NCBI GenBank assembly: GCA_963667175.2
Contig: CAXXXF010000012.1
Coordinates: 128,001-192,000 of the forward strand
Direction of reading: 5' to 3'
Length of the DNA: 64,000 nucleotides
DNA from: Candidatus Latescibacterota bacterium
GTDB lineage: Bacteria > Latescibacterota > UBA2968 > GCA-2709665
The position numbers and the translations under genes were made by a program. Below, piece after piece: positions 55,381 through 64,000 of the stretch. A model generated the notes under the pieces. That model was not told where the DNA came from, did not search any database, and saw only the letters and a list, made by a program, of their open reading frames with translations. The first letter of the stretch is position 1, and each line of letters opens with the position of its first letter.

Positions 55381-57135
55381 ATGTCCGATCGATCATCTCA
55401 GCTGACCATGGACCCCATCACGTTCGAAGTGATGAAGAACGCACTGCTCAACGCAACCGAAGAGATGGCATACACCATTCGCCGAACCGCGTACTCCACG
55501 AATATCAAGACCCGGGCCGACTTTTCCTGTGCCTTCTTCGACGCTTCATTCAGGGTGGTCGCACAGTCTTTCTCGCAGCCGCCCCACCTCTCATCCATGA
55601 AGACCGCGATCCCGAACGCCCTCCGGGAATACGGCGCGGAGAACCTCGATCCCGGCGACGGCCTCGTCCTCAACGATCCTCACCGCGGAAGCAGCCATCT
55701 GAACGACATCGCCCTGATCGCGCCGGTCTTTGCCGGAAAGACCCGGATCGGGTACCTGGCCAACATGGCCCACCACGTCGACGTGGGGGGCAGCACGCCG
55801 AGCAGCCTGGGCGTCAACCGCGAGATCTACCAGGAAGGCATCATCATCCCCCCCACGAAAATCATGCGGCGGGGGGAGATCGACAACGACGTCCTGGGCC
55901 TCATCCTCGAAAACGTGCGCGCGCCCCACGAAACCGGAGGGGACCTGCGCGCGCAGATGGGTGCGAACCTGGTGGGCGCTATACGCATCGCCGAACTCAT
56001 GGACCGTTACGACGTCGGCCAGGTGGAGGCCTTCTTCGACGAACTGCTGGATTATACGGAGCGCTGGGCCCGGCGTGAGATCGCCGCATTGCCGGCCGGT
56101 GTATACAAGGCTGAGGGATATCGCGACAACAACGGATTCGACGACGAGCCGGTCAAAATCGCCGTTGCCGTCCAACTCCGCGATGGAAGCGCCAGACTGG
56201 ACGTCACCGGGTCCGCGCCGCAGCAGACGGGCCCGCTGAACGCCACGCGCTCAAACACACTGGCCGCCATCGCGGTGGTCATCAAGAGCCTGATCGATCC
56301 GCGCATCCTGGTCAACGACGGGCTCTACCGATGCATGGACGTGATCGGACCGGACAATACCGTGCTCACGGCAACCTGGCCCGCCGCCGTGGTCGGCGCG
56401 TGGGAACTGGCGCAACTCACGGCGGAGCTGACCCTCACCTCCCTGCGCGACGCGTTGCCGGACCGGATTCCCGCCTGCGGCAAAGCCATTATCTGCAACC
56501 TGGGTTTCGCGGGAAACGATCCGCGTAAAGAAGCGTATTACTGTTACATGGAGACCGTTGGCGGCGGCAACGGCGCCCGCCCCGCCAAGGACGGTCCGGA
56601 TGCCATCCAGACCACCATCCACAATACGGAAAACGCGCCGGTCGAGGAGGTGGAAATCAACTATCCCATCCGCTTCGCCCGGTACGGCCTGATACCCGAC
56701 AGCGGGGGCGCGGGTCGTTTCCGCGGCGGCCTCGGCATCAGGAGGGATTTTGAGTTTCCGGACTGCGATACCATCTTCACGGTCCTCTCAGACGGCACGC
56801 GTTTTCCACCATGGGGACTCAGGGGCGGCGGGGACGGGCGCACCGCACGGTTCATTCTGGATCCGGACGGCAACGCGGAGCGACTTCCCTCCAAAGTCAG
56901 CATCACGGTGCCGAAGGGCGGCCGCGTCAGCGTGCAGACCCCTGGCGGGGGAGGTTTCGGACACCCCCTCGAACGGGAACCGGACGCCGTAGTGAGAGAC
57001 GTGAGAGACGGGAAGGTATCACATCGGACCGCGAGTGAAACCTACGGAGTCATCTATGACGCGGCGACATGGTCCGTGGCCCACGAGGCGACGCTGGCGC
57101 AGCGCGAACGCCTCGAACGGAGTTCGACTCGATGA
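55381..57135 (+). CDS. Hydantoinase B/oxoprolinase family protein
   Basis: DFSCA, NDPHRGSSHLND, HHVDVGG, GRFRGG and TPGGGGFG motifs. Confidence 0.92.
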   Translation: MSDRSSQLTMDPITFEVMKNALLNATEEMAYTIRRTAYSTNIKTRADFSCAFFDASFRVVAQSFSQPPHLSSMKTAIPNALREYGAENLDPGDGLVLNDPHRGSSHLNDIALIAPVFAGKTRIGYLANMAHHVDVGGSTPSSLGVNREIYQEGIIIPPTKIMRRGEIDNDVLGLILENVRAPHETGGDLRAQMGANLVGAIRIAELMDRYDVGQVEAFFDELLDYTERWARREIAALPAGVYKAEGYRDNNGFDDEPVKIAVAVQLRDGSARLDVTGSAPQQTGPLNATRSNTLAAIAVVIKSLIDPRILVNDGLYRCMDVIGPDNTVLTATWPAAVVGAWELAQLTAELTLTSLRDALPDRIPACGKAIICNLGFAGNDPRKEAYYCYMETVGGGNGARPAKDGPDAIQTTIHNTENAPVEEVEINYPIRFARYGLIPDSGGAGRFRGGLGIRRDFEFPDCDTIFTVLSDGTRFPPWGLRGGGDGRTARFILDPDGNAERLPSKVSITVPKGGRVSVQTPGGGGFGHPLEREPDAVVRDVRDGKVSHRTASETYGVIYDAATWSVAHEATLAQRERLERSSTR

Positions 57136-59225
57136 GTGATTCATACCGCATCGGCATCGACATCGGCGGCACGTTTACGGATGCCGTGGTGATGGACGAG
57201 AACACGGGCGACTTTCGCCCCGTCAAGGTATCCTCCACTCCTGACGATCCGTCACGGGCGTTCATGGAAGCGTATACCCGCGGCCTCGACAACCAGGGGC
57301 TCACGGCCCGGCAGGTGGGCTTCGTGGTACACGGCACGACCGTGGCGACCAACACGATCATCCAGCAAAAAGGCGCCCGGATCGGCCTCATCGCCTCCGA
57401 AGGTTTCAGTGATCTGTTCGAGATCGCGTGGCAGATTCGGCCCAACCTCTACGACCTCGATTACGACAAGCCTCCTCCGCTCGTTCCGCGCCACCTGTGC
57501 ATTGGCGTACCCGAACGTATCGATGCCCATGGGGAGGTGCTCGTCCCCCTGGACGAGGCCGCCGTGTACCGTGCCGCTCGCAAACTGGCCGAGGACGGGG
57601 TGGAAGCGATACTCGTCTGCTTCCTGCACGCGTACCGGGACCCGGCGCACGAACGGCGGGCCGCCGGGATCATCCGGGAAGCATGTCCCGGTCTGCCCGT
57701 CTGCGTCTCCTCCGACGTCTGTCCCGAATACCGCGAATATACCCGCGCCAGCACAACGGCCGTCAACGCCGCGCTGCTTCCGGCGGTGGGCGCCTACGTG
57801 GAACGCCTGGAGGACCGGCTCGGAGCGGTAAACCCAGGTTCCGGCCTGTTCCTGATGACTTCCGGCGGCGGCATCATCGCCTCCGGGACCGCCAGGCAGC
57901 AGCCTGTACAGCTCATCGAATCCGGTCCGGCAGCGGGCGTCATCGCGGCTTCGTACGTGGGCCGGCTGGCCGGGTACGAAAATCTGATTGCGCTGGACAT
58001 AGGGGGCACAACCGCGAAGGCGGCGCTTATAGAGAACGGACGGCCGCGCCTGGCCGCCGAATTCGAGGTCGGCGATGCGGCGGTTGCAACCACCACCCGG
58101 GACAAGGGTCAGGGTTATCCCGTAAAAACGCCCGTGATCGATCTGGTTGAAATCGGGTCCGGCGGCGGGAGCATCGGCCACGTTGATCCGGGCGGGGCGC
58201 TTGCCGTGGGCCCGCAATCCGCGGGCGCGGCGCCTGGACCCGCCTGTTACGGAAAGGGGGGGTCGGAACCCACGCTGACGGACGCAAACCTCGTTCTCGA
58301 CCGCCTCGATCCCGGTTACTTTCTGGGTGGTGAACTCCGCCTCGACAGATCGCTCGCGGAACTGGCAATCGACCGGCGCATCGCAGGGCCCCTGAATATG
58401 GCCGTCGAAGAGGCTGCGGCCGGTCTGATTGAAATCGCCAATGCCAATATGACGGGCATCCTCCAACTCGTGTCGGTCCAGAAAGGCGTGGACCCTCGCG
58501 CGTTCGTCCTGGTGGCCTTCGGCGGCGCCGGCCCCCTCCATGCCGCCGCGCTTGCCAAGGCGCTGCACATCCGCACCGTCCTCGTACCGCCCAGCCCGGG
58601 CGTGACCACGGCGCTCGGACTGCTCGTTACGGACCTGCGCCACGACTACGTTCGCACCTATATCTCGAAGACGGACGATTTGGACCTGCCGGCCCTTACG
58701 GCCATCTACCGCGAGTTTGAAGACCATGCGACCGGCCTGCTTCTGAGCGAGGGGGTCTCCCGCGACAACGTCCGCTTCGTCCGCGAGGCCGATATGCGGT
58801 ATCTGGGCCAGTCCTACGAACTTCGGGTACCCGTTGCCCGATTGTCGGAAAGCCTTCCCGGGAAGATGAACGACGCCTTCTTCGCAGCCCACCGGCGCCA
58901 GTACGGTTTCGCGACCCGGGACGAGCCCACCGAAATCGTCAACGCGCGTCTCTCAGCCGTGGGCGCCGTGCCCCGCCCCAGCCGGCGGCAGGTTCCCAAG
59001 GGCGGACCATCCTCGCGCACGGCCCTGAAGGCGAAACGCGACGTCCGCATGCCGGGTTCCACCGAACCGGCGCCCACGTCGATCTACGACCGGTACCGCC
59101 TTCAGGCGAACAACCGCTTTACGGGTCCCGCCATCGTGGAGGAAATCGACTCCACAACGCTTGTTCCGCCCGATTGTACCGTAACAGTGGACGACTACGG
59201 AAATCTCCTGATCGACGTCGATTGA
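57132..59225 (+). CDS. Hydantoinase A/oxoprolinase family protein
   Basis: DIGGTFTD, HGTTVATN, SGPAAG and GPQSAGAAPGPACY motifs. Confidence 0.92.
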   Translation: MSDSYRIGIDIGGTFTDAVVMDENTGDFRPVKVSSTPDDPSRAFMEAYTRGLDNQGLTARQVGFVVHGTTVATNTIIQQKGARIGLIASEGFSDLFEIAWQIRPNLYDLDYDKPPPLVPRHLCIGVPERIDAHGEVLVPLDEAAVYRAARKLAEDGVEAILVCFLHAYRDPAHERRAAGIIREACPGLPVCVSSDVCPEYREYTRASTTAVNAALLPAVGAYVERLEDRLGAVNPGSGLFLMTSGGGIIASGTARQQPVQLIESGPAAGVIAASYVGRLAGYENLIALDIGGTTAKAALIENGRPRLAAEFEVGDAAVATTTRDKGQGYPVKTPVIDLVEIGSGGGSIGHVDPGGALAVGPQSAGAAPGPACYGKGGSEPTLTDANLVLDRLDPGYFLGGELRLDRSLAELAIDRRIAGPLNMAVEEAAAGLIEIANANMTGILQLVSVQKGVDPRAFVLVAFGGAGPLHAAALAKALHIRTVLVPPSPGVTTALGLLVTDLRHDYVRTYISKTDDLDLPALTAIYREFEDHATGLLLSEGVSRDNVRFVREADMRYLGQSYELRVPVARLSESLPGKMNDAFFAAHRRQYGFATRDEPTEIVNARLSAVGAVPRPSRRQVPKGGPSSRTALKAKRDVRMPGSTEPAPTSIYDRYRLQANNRFTGPAIVEEIDSTTLVPPDCTVTVDDYGNLLIDVD

Positions 59226-59235
59226 GAGAAACGTC

Positions 59236-60864
59236 ATGGATCTCCATCTGGCGGCGGCTGGCGTTACCTGGCAACTCGTGGCCTTCTGCGGCCTTTCTCT
59301 TTCTGTCGGATGGGGCATTCGCGGTAACTTCGGCCACGAATACGGAGCGGCCATACCCGGTGCGCTGGCGGCCATTGCGGCCGTTCTGGTATCCGGCCGT
59401 TCCGACTGGCTTGCGAACGTTCACTACTTCGCCATGTTCGGCGCGCTCGGCTGGTCTTTCGGTGGAAGCATGTCATATATGGGCGTGGTTGGATACACGC
59501 ACTCGGGCCACCCGCCTTCCGTCCTGTACGGATTCGCCAACCTCTTCGTCATCGGCTTCCTGTGGGCGTTTTTGGGCGGGGCGGGAACCGCGCTTCCCGT
59601 GTTCTTCACCGGAGACCGGCTTGCCCTCTTCTTTGCCCCTCTGGCCGCGATCTTTACGGGGTGGGCGCTGCAGTCGGTCGTGGTCGACCTGCTTTTTTCG
59701 GGTGGCGGCCAATCAGGCAGGGCCGCTCTTTCCTGGTACGATACCGACTGGCTTGCGAACCTGGTGGCGATGGCCGCCGGCATCATCGTGTCTCTCTTCC
59801 GCGGCGGCTTCGATATTGCCACGTCGCTTGTGATCCACATGACCATCGGGTGGTTCGTGTCCTTCCTGGTGCTTGTCGTCGTCCTCAAGCTCCGGATGAC
59901 CCCGCCCAGGGGCGACAACTGGGCCGGGTGTGTCGGCCTTGCCGCCGGTCTGCTGATCTACTGCTGGCAGTACGACCTCTACGGTCCGGCTTTTGCAGGA
60001 CTGATCACGGGATTCATCGGCGGCATCGGCTTCGGGCTGGGCCAGTTCCTGAAGCTGCTGAACATTCGCACCGGTTTACAGACCAACTGGCACAGTGTCA
60101 TGGAGCAGACCCAGGGGCTTTTGTTCGGCATTGCCATCGCCGTCTGCATGGGGCTGTTATCGACCGTCGCGCCTGCCGGCTCGAATGCCGGCCCGCCGCC
60201 CGGGTGGACCGGGATGTTCGCGACCGGATTCGTCCTGGTGGGACTCACCTATCTCAATCACAGAAAGGCGCCGTTGAACTGGGTGGATAAAGTGGCGTCG
60301 CTGTCGAAGAGGCCCTACGGCCTGCCGGTTGCGGGCTGGTTCGTGCGGTCGAAGGGGTGGATCGGCTGGCTTGAACTGGTATACATTGCCATCGGTATCG
60401 CCCTGTTCTGGCTGATGCACGCGCACCGCTCTCAGCCGCTTTCATTCATTCCCGATACCTGGACGGGTACGGGCCAGCTCCTCTATCTGGTCTTCCTGTG
60501 GTGGGTCGTCAACTTCAACTTCGCACTGAAGATCGTCGAATTCACACCGCGGCGTCTGGTCACCGAGGGCGTGATTACATTCAACGCCGTCATCTGCACC
60601 ATTCTCGCGGCGCTTGTCGTCCAGACCGACGCGTTTCATCAACCCCTTTTTCTGTCCGCGGGCAGCTTCGCCGCGTGGATCGGATACACAACAAGCGTCG
60701 GTCTGGCGGCAACAGTCGCCTTTACGTTGTCAGAATGGGGACTTACCCACGCCCTGTTCGGCAGACGCCATATCCCATTCGCCTTCCGACACATCCGCTT
60801 TGGACCCGACGCCACGACCCGGGAGGAAGTGACTGCAGCCGGAGAACCGTGGAAACGAACATAG
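59236..60864 (+). CDS. Multi-pass membrane protein of unknown function
   Basis: Many TM segments; conserved-looking GWGIRGNFGHEYGA, GGSMSY and NWHSVMEQ motifs. Confidence 0.7.
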   Translation: MDLHLAAAGVTWQLVAFCGLSLSVGWGIRGNFGHEYGAAIPGALAAIAAVLVSGRSDWLANVHYFAMFGALGWSFGGSMSYMGVVGYTHSGHPPSVLYGFANLFVIGFLWAFLGGAGTALPVFFTGDRLALFFAPLAAIFTGWALQSVVVDLLFSGGGQSGRAALSWYDTDWLANLVAMAAGIIVSLFRGGFDIATSLVIHMTIGWFVSFLVLVVVLKLRMTPPRGDNWAGCVGLAAGLLIYCWQYDLYGPAFAGLITGFIGGIGFGLGQFLKLLNIRTGLQTNWHSVMEQTQGLLFGIAIAVCMGLLSTVAPAGSNAGPPPGWTGMFATGFVLVGLTYLNHRKAPLNWVDKVASLSKRPYGLPVAGWFVRSKGWIGWLELVYIAIGIALFWLMHAHRSQPLSFIPDTWTGTGQLLYLVFLWWVVNFNFALKIVEFTPRRLVTEGVITFNAVICTILAALVVQTDAFHQPLFLSAGSFAAWIGYTTSVGLAATVAFTLSEWGLTHALFGRRHIPFAFRHIRFGPDATTREEVTAAGEPWKRT

Positions 60865-60990
60865 CAGCTCGAATTCGATCCAGGACGGCCAGTACCTTAC
60901 TAAGTCGTTCCATGCCGGGCATCCGAACCACGGGCACCGGTCCTTCCCGGACACCTGACGTTCCCCGAAAACATCTCTGCACAAGGAACC

Positions 60991-63348
60991 GTGACCGTGA
61001 AAATTGCCGTCACAGAGGGCGTGTATTCGAACGACAGTTACGAACCCAATCTGTGCACCCTGCCGGACGGCAACATCTGCTGGGCGGCCTGGGCGGCTTA
61101 CGCGGCCGAGGGGTCGAGGGTTTTCGCTCGACAGTTCGCCGGAGAGACCGCGGGTCCGATTGAGCCGATATCCACGAACGACGCCATGCAGACCCGTCCC
61201 ATCTGTATACCCGACGGGAATGAAGTGGTATTCGTCTGGCTGGAAAAGACAGGCCGTCAATACGCGTTCAGAACCCGCAGGCGGGATGGAAATTCGTTCA
61301 GTCCCTGCCGGACCTGCCTGACTCTGCCTGCGTCGGCGAAAGTCTGGGAGCCTCAGGCCCTCCTCGACGAAACCGGCGCCCTGTGGATCTGCTGGGCGCA
61401 ATCCGTCAGGGAAGGCGGCAGCATCGAGATATCGAGAACACTCGCTGACGGCACAACCGCGACCTGGTCGATTCGAAACGGAGGACGCTACAATTACCGG
61501 CCCAGAATGGTCGAATGGGGGCCGGAAGGCATCTATATCGTCTGGGACAGCTACGTGGAACGCACCTACGACATATTCGGCTGCGCTGTCGATCCCTCTG
61601 GCCCGCGGAAAGTGGTCCGGATCAGCACCGACGAGGAGTGGGAGAACCGGTCGACGCTCTGCAGGGACACGGGAGGTTCACTCTGGACGGTGTGGGTGCG
61701 CGGCGTGGACGTCATGTACAGGGACAGCACCCTCCAGCAGAAGTACTCCCTGCGTGGCGCCCGCCTGGACGGCCTGTCCTGGGAGCCGGTTTCCGGTGCC
61801 GAAGGAGGGACGGAGATCGCCCCGCTGCACTACGGGCTGCTGACCGAGTTTCCGAAACCGCCCAACCTGGGGCACATGGGCAGGCGGCTTTTCCCCATCG
61901 TCAAAGGGGCGGAATCCGGCGGCGTGTGGCTCTTCTACGAGGTCAAGGCCGACAGCGAACAGGGCACGCTCACTTCCACGGGCCGCCTCTTCGGCCAACC
62001 CTGCGTCGACGGCGTCTGGTCGGATCCTCGCACTGTCGCCGAAGGAAACGTCTTCTATGAGCTTCCCCACAACGGCACGGTCGGTACCGGGGTTCACCTG
62101 ATGTCACAGGACATGATTACGGATGAGCGGTACCTGGAAACGGCGCGCCTCAGCCCCGATCTCCCTACCGTGCCCCGTGAATACCGTCGTATCGACCTGA
62201 CCGAATGGAAAGAAGTCCGGCTTCCGTTCGAAGAGCGGCGGCGCACGGACCGGCCCGGCAACGAACTGCCCGGCGCGGAACGCGGCAAGTACCGCCTCTT
62301 CTGGGTGGACCTGCACTGCCACTCGGCGGCATCCATCGAAGTGGAGGGCGAGCCGGATGAGCTGGGTCACTACGCCCGTGACAAGGCGCAGATAGACGGA
62401 CTGACCGTTTCCGACAACGACAGCTTCTGGAATCTACCCACGCGCCGGAACGTGCGGCACCTGAAGGACTATGAGTGGGACTACGTGAAGGGCAACGCCA
62501 TGGTCCTGAATGATCCGGGGCAATTCGCCATGTTTCCCGGCTACGAAATGACCATCACCGACCGGGTGGACTCCGGCCGGGATCACCGGTCCGTGATGTC
62601 GGACGACGACGACATGGAGATGGACCTGCTGCACTTCAAGTACAAAGACGCTCACACGAAGGGCGAGCGGCATACCCACAAGGACACCCGGGAGTGCCTC
62701 GCCTGGTTCAAGGAAAAGGGCTACCTGCCTCTCCCCCATCCCCACAACGGGAAATGGAATCTCTACGACACGGACGTCGAATGGGGCGTCGACGTATGCG
62801 CCGGCTGGATGATCAACATCGACCTGTACGACATCTATTTCAAATATCTGAACGCGGGTCACAGATTTGCCTTCACCGGCAGCGGCGACAGCCACCACCG
62901 CAATCCGGGCCTGAGCGGCGCGCTCACCGGCATCTGGGCCGATCGGCTGGATCGCGACGCTCTACTTGAAGCGATCAGGGCCAGGCGTTGTTACGCGACG
63001 GCCGGCCAGCAGATCCTGATCGAATTCACGATCAACGATCGGATGATGGGCAGTTCGCTGCTCGTCAGGGACGACCCGGTGCTGAAGTGGCGCGTCGTGG
63101 GCGAAGCCGGCCGGGAATACATCCTGCGCATCCACCGGGACGGGCGTCTGATGCACGACGACAGGTTCATCGGCCGGACCCGGGGAGAGCGAACGGAATT
63201 CCGGTTGCGCCGGTACCGCCCGGGAAGGCACTACTACCACCTCGAAGTCCTGTCGCCCGAACCCATCCCCCAATACCCCAACAACGTCGCGCACGCCAGG
63301 GGCGCGAAGGGATGGAGCACACCCATCTGGGTGGAGACGTCGGATTGA
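60991..63348 (+). CDS. PHP-fold metallohydrolase (DUF3604/CehA-like) with N-terminal beta-propeller-like region
   Basis: DLHCHS, GYE, PHPH, GSGDSH, RRCYAT and WSTPIWV motifs. Confidence 0.7.
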   Translation: MTVKIAVTEGVYSNDSYEPNLCTLPDGNICWAAWAAYAAEGSRVFARQFAGETAGPIEPISTNDAMQTRPICIPDGNEVVFVWLEKTGRQYAFRTRRRDGNSFSPCRTCLTLPASAKVWEPQALLDETGALWICWAQSVREGGSIEISRTLADGTTATWSIRNGGRYNYRPRMVEWGPEGIYIVWDSYVERTYDIFGCAVDPSGPRKVVRISTDEEWENRSTLCRDTGGSLWTVWVRGVDVMYRDSTLQQKYSLRGARLDGLSWEPVSGAEGGTEIAPLHYGLLTEFPKPPNLGHMGRRLFPIVKGAESGGVWLFYEVKADSEQGTLTSTGRLFGQPCVDGVWSDPRTVAEGNVFYELPHNGTVGTGVHLMSQDMITDERYLETARLSPDLPTVPREYRRIDLTEWKEVRLPFEERRRTDRPGNELPGAERGKYRLFWVDLHCHSAASIEVEGEPDELGHYARDKAQIDGLTVSDNDSFWNLPTRRNVRHLKDYEWDYVKGNAMVLNDPGQFAMFPGYEMTITDRVDSGRDHRSVMSDDDDMEMDLLHFKYKDAHTKGERHTHKDTRECLAWFKEKGYLPLPHPHNGKWNLYDTDVEWGVDVCAGWMINIDLYDIYFKYLNAGHRFAFTGSGDSHHRNPGLSGALTGIWADRLDRDALLEAIRARRCYATAGQQILIEFTINDRMMGSSLLVRDDPVLKWRVVGEAGREYILRIHRDGRLMHDDRFIGRTRGERTEFRLRRYRPGRHYYHLEVLSPEPIPQYPNNVAHARGAKGWSTPIWVETSD

Positions 63349-63385
63349 CCGCCCACTTGGCTCCCTCGGGGAGCCTGTACACGAC

Positions 63386-63415
63386 AAAAAAGGGCGGCCG
63401 CGACCGGTTGCCCTT
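63386..63415. terminator. Intrinsic terminator between convergent genes
   Basis: AAGGGCGGCCG-CGAC-CGGTTGCCCTT hairpin with an A-run. Confidence 0.6.
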
Positions 63416-63440
63416 CTGGACTTCGCATCTGTCCGGATCC

Positions 63441-64000
63441 CTAACGCGTCCAGTTCAAATACAGGTTGACCGCGGTAAAGTTCACGATCGCCCAGATCGT
63501 CAGCAGCAATCCGAGTTCCGTCCAGACGGACATCCGTTCCGCGTCCGCGGCGCGCATCGCCAGGTGCACCACGCCGTAGGCCATCGGAATCAGCAGCAGG
63601 TTGTTGGCATTGGCCCCGATCAGCACCAGGGCCAGCGGCGTATCGGGAGTTGCAATGGTCACACAGAGCCACAGAAACGGAAACGCGATCTGCAATGCCC
63701 TCAGCAGCCGAAGCCGGCCGTCCTCGTGATCGAGACTGGCGACGCCCGTCTGCCTCAGAAAATCCACGCTGATGCGCCCCGAACTGGCGGTAAAGACGAG
63801 CAACGTGGAAAACAGCGTGCAGAACGCGCCGAACATGAACACGTTCTTGGTCCACGGTCCGATGCTGCGGGTAAAGATCAGCGATACCTGCTCGACGACC
63901 TCCATGCCCTGGGGAACCACGTTCAGTTTCTTGAGGATCGAGGCCCCGAGCAGATAGTAGGCGCACGTAATCACCAATGCGATACCCGTACAGACCAGCG
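63441..64000 (-). CDS. Nramp-like/APC membrane transporter (C-terminal part; 5' end outside window)
   Basis: YYLLGASIL and GAFCTLFST motifs; TM-rich. Confidence 0.6.
   Translation of the reverse strand, partial: LVCTGIALVITCAYYLLGASILKKLNVVPQGMEVVEQVSLIFTRSIGPWTKNVFMFGAFCTLFSTLLVFTASSGRISVDFLRQTGVASLDHEDGRLRLLRALQIAFPFLWLCVTIATPDTPLALVLIGANANNLLLIPMAYGVVHLAMRAADAERMSVWTELGLLLTIWAIVNFTAVNLYLNWTR

Overview
A GC-rich bacterial chromosomal window, with gene order and content suggesting an FCB-group/Latescibacterota-like lineage (inference only). 1-7.6 kb is core translation/transcription: tRNA-Tyr, tRNA-Gly, tRNA-Thr, rpmG, tRNA-Trp, secE, nusG, rplK, rplA, rplJ, rplL and a partial rpoB, with no tuf. 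9.7-12.4 kb holds a plant-like threonine synthase and cystathionine gamma-synthase. Between them is a SAM-II riboswitch with a terminator/antiterminator platform. 12.5-26.1 kb is a MoxR-DUF58-BatABCDE operon with a GldA/F/G-like ABC plus DUF4340 module spliced inside it. 29.2-41.6 kb is an accessory island containing a PLD-nuclease/P-loop NTPase, a polyamine-type ABC transporter, a MITE, and a REP-associated tyrosine transposase (RAYT) with REPINs. The island also holds a co-oriented run of toxin-antitoxin modules in which antitoxins are repeatedly kept while the toxins are truncated or deleted; this is the best candidate for an undescribed system. 41.7-64 kb holds catabolic enzymes, transporters, two FG-GAP/ASPIC-UnbV proteins and a DegT-hydantoinase-PHP cluster. 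All calls come from motif recognition by eye; no database searches were run.
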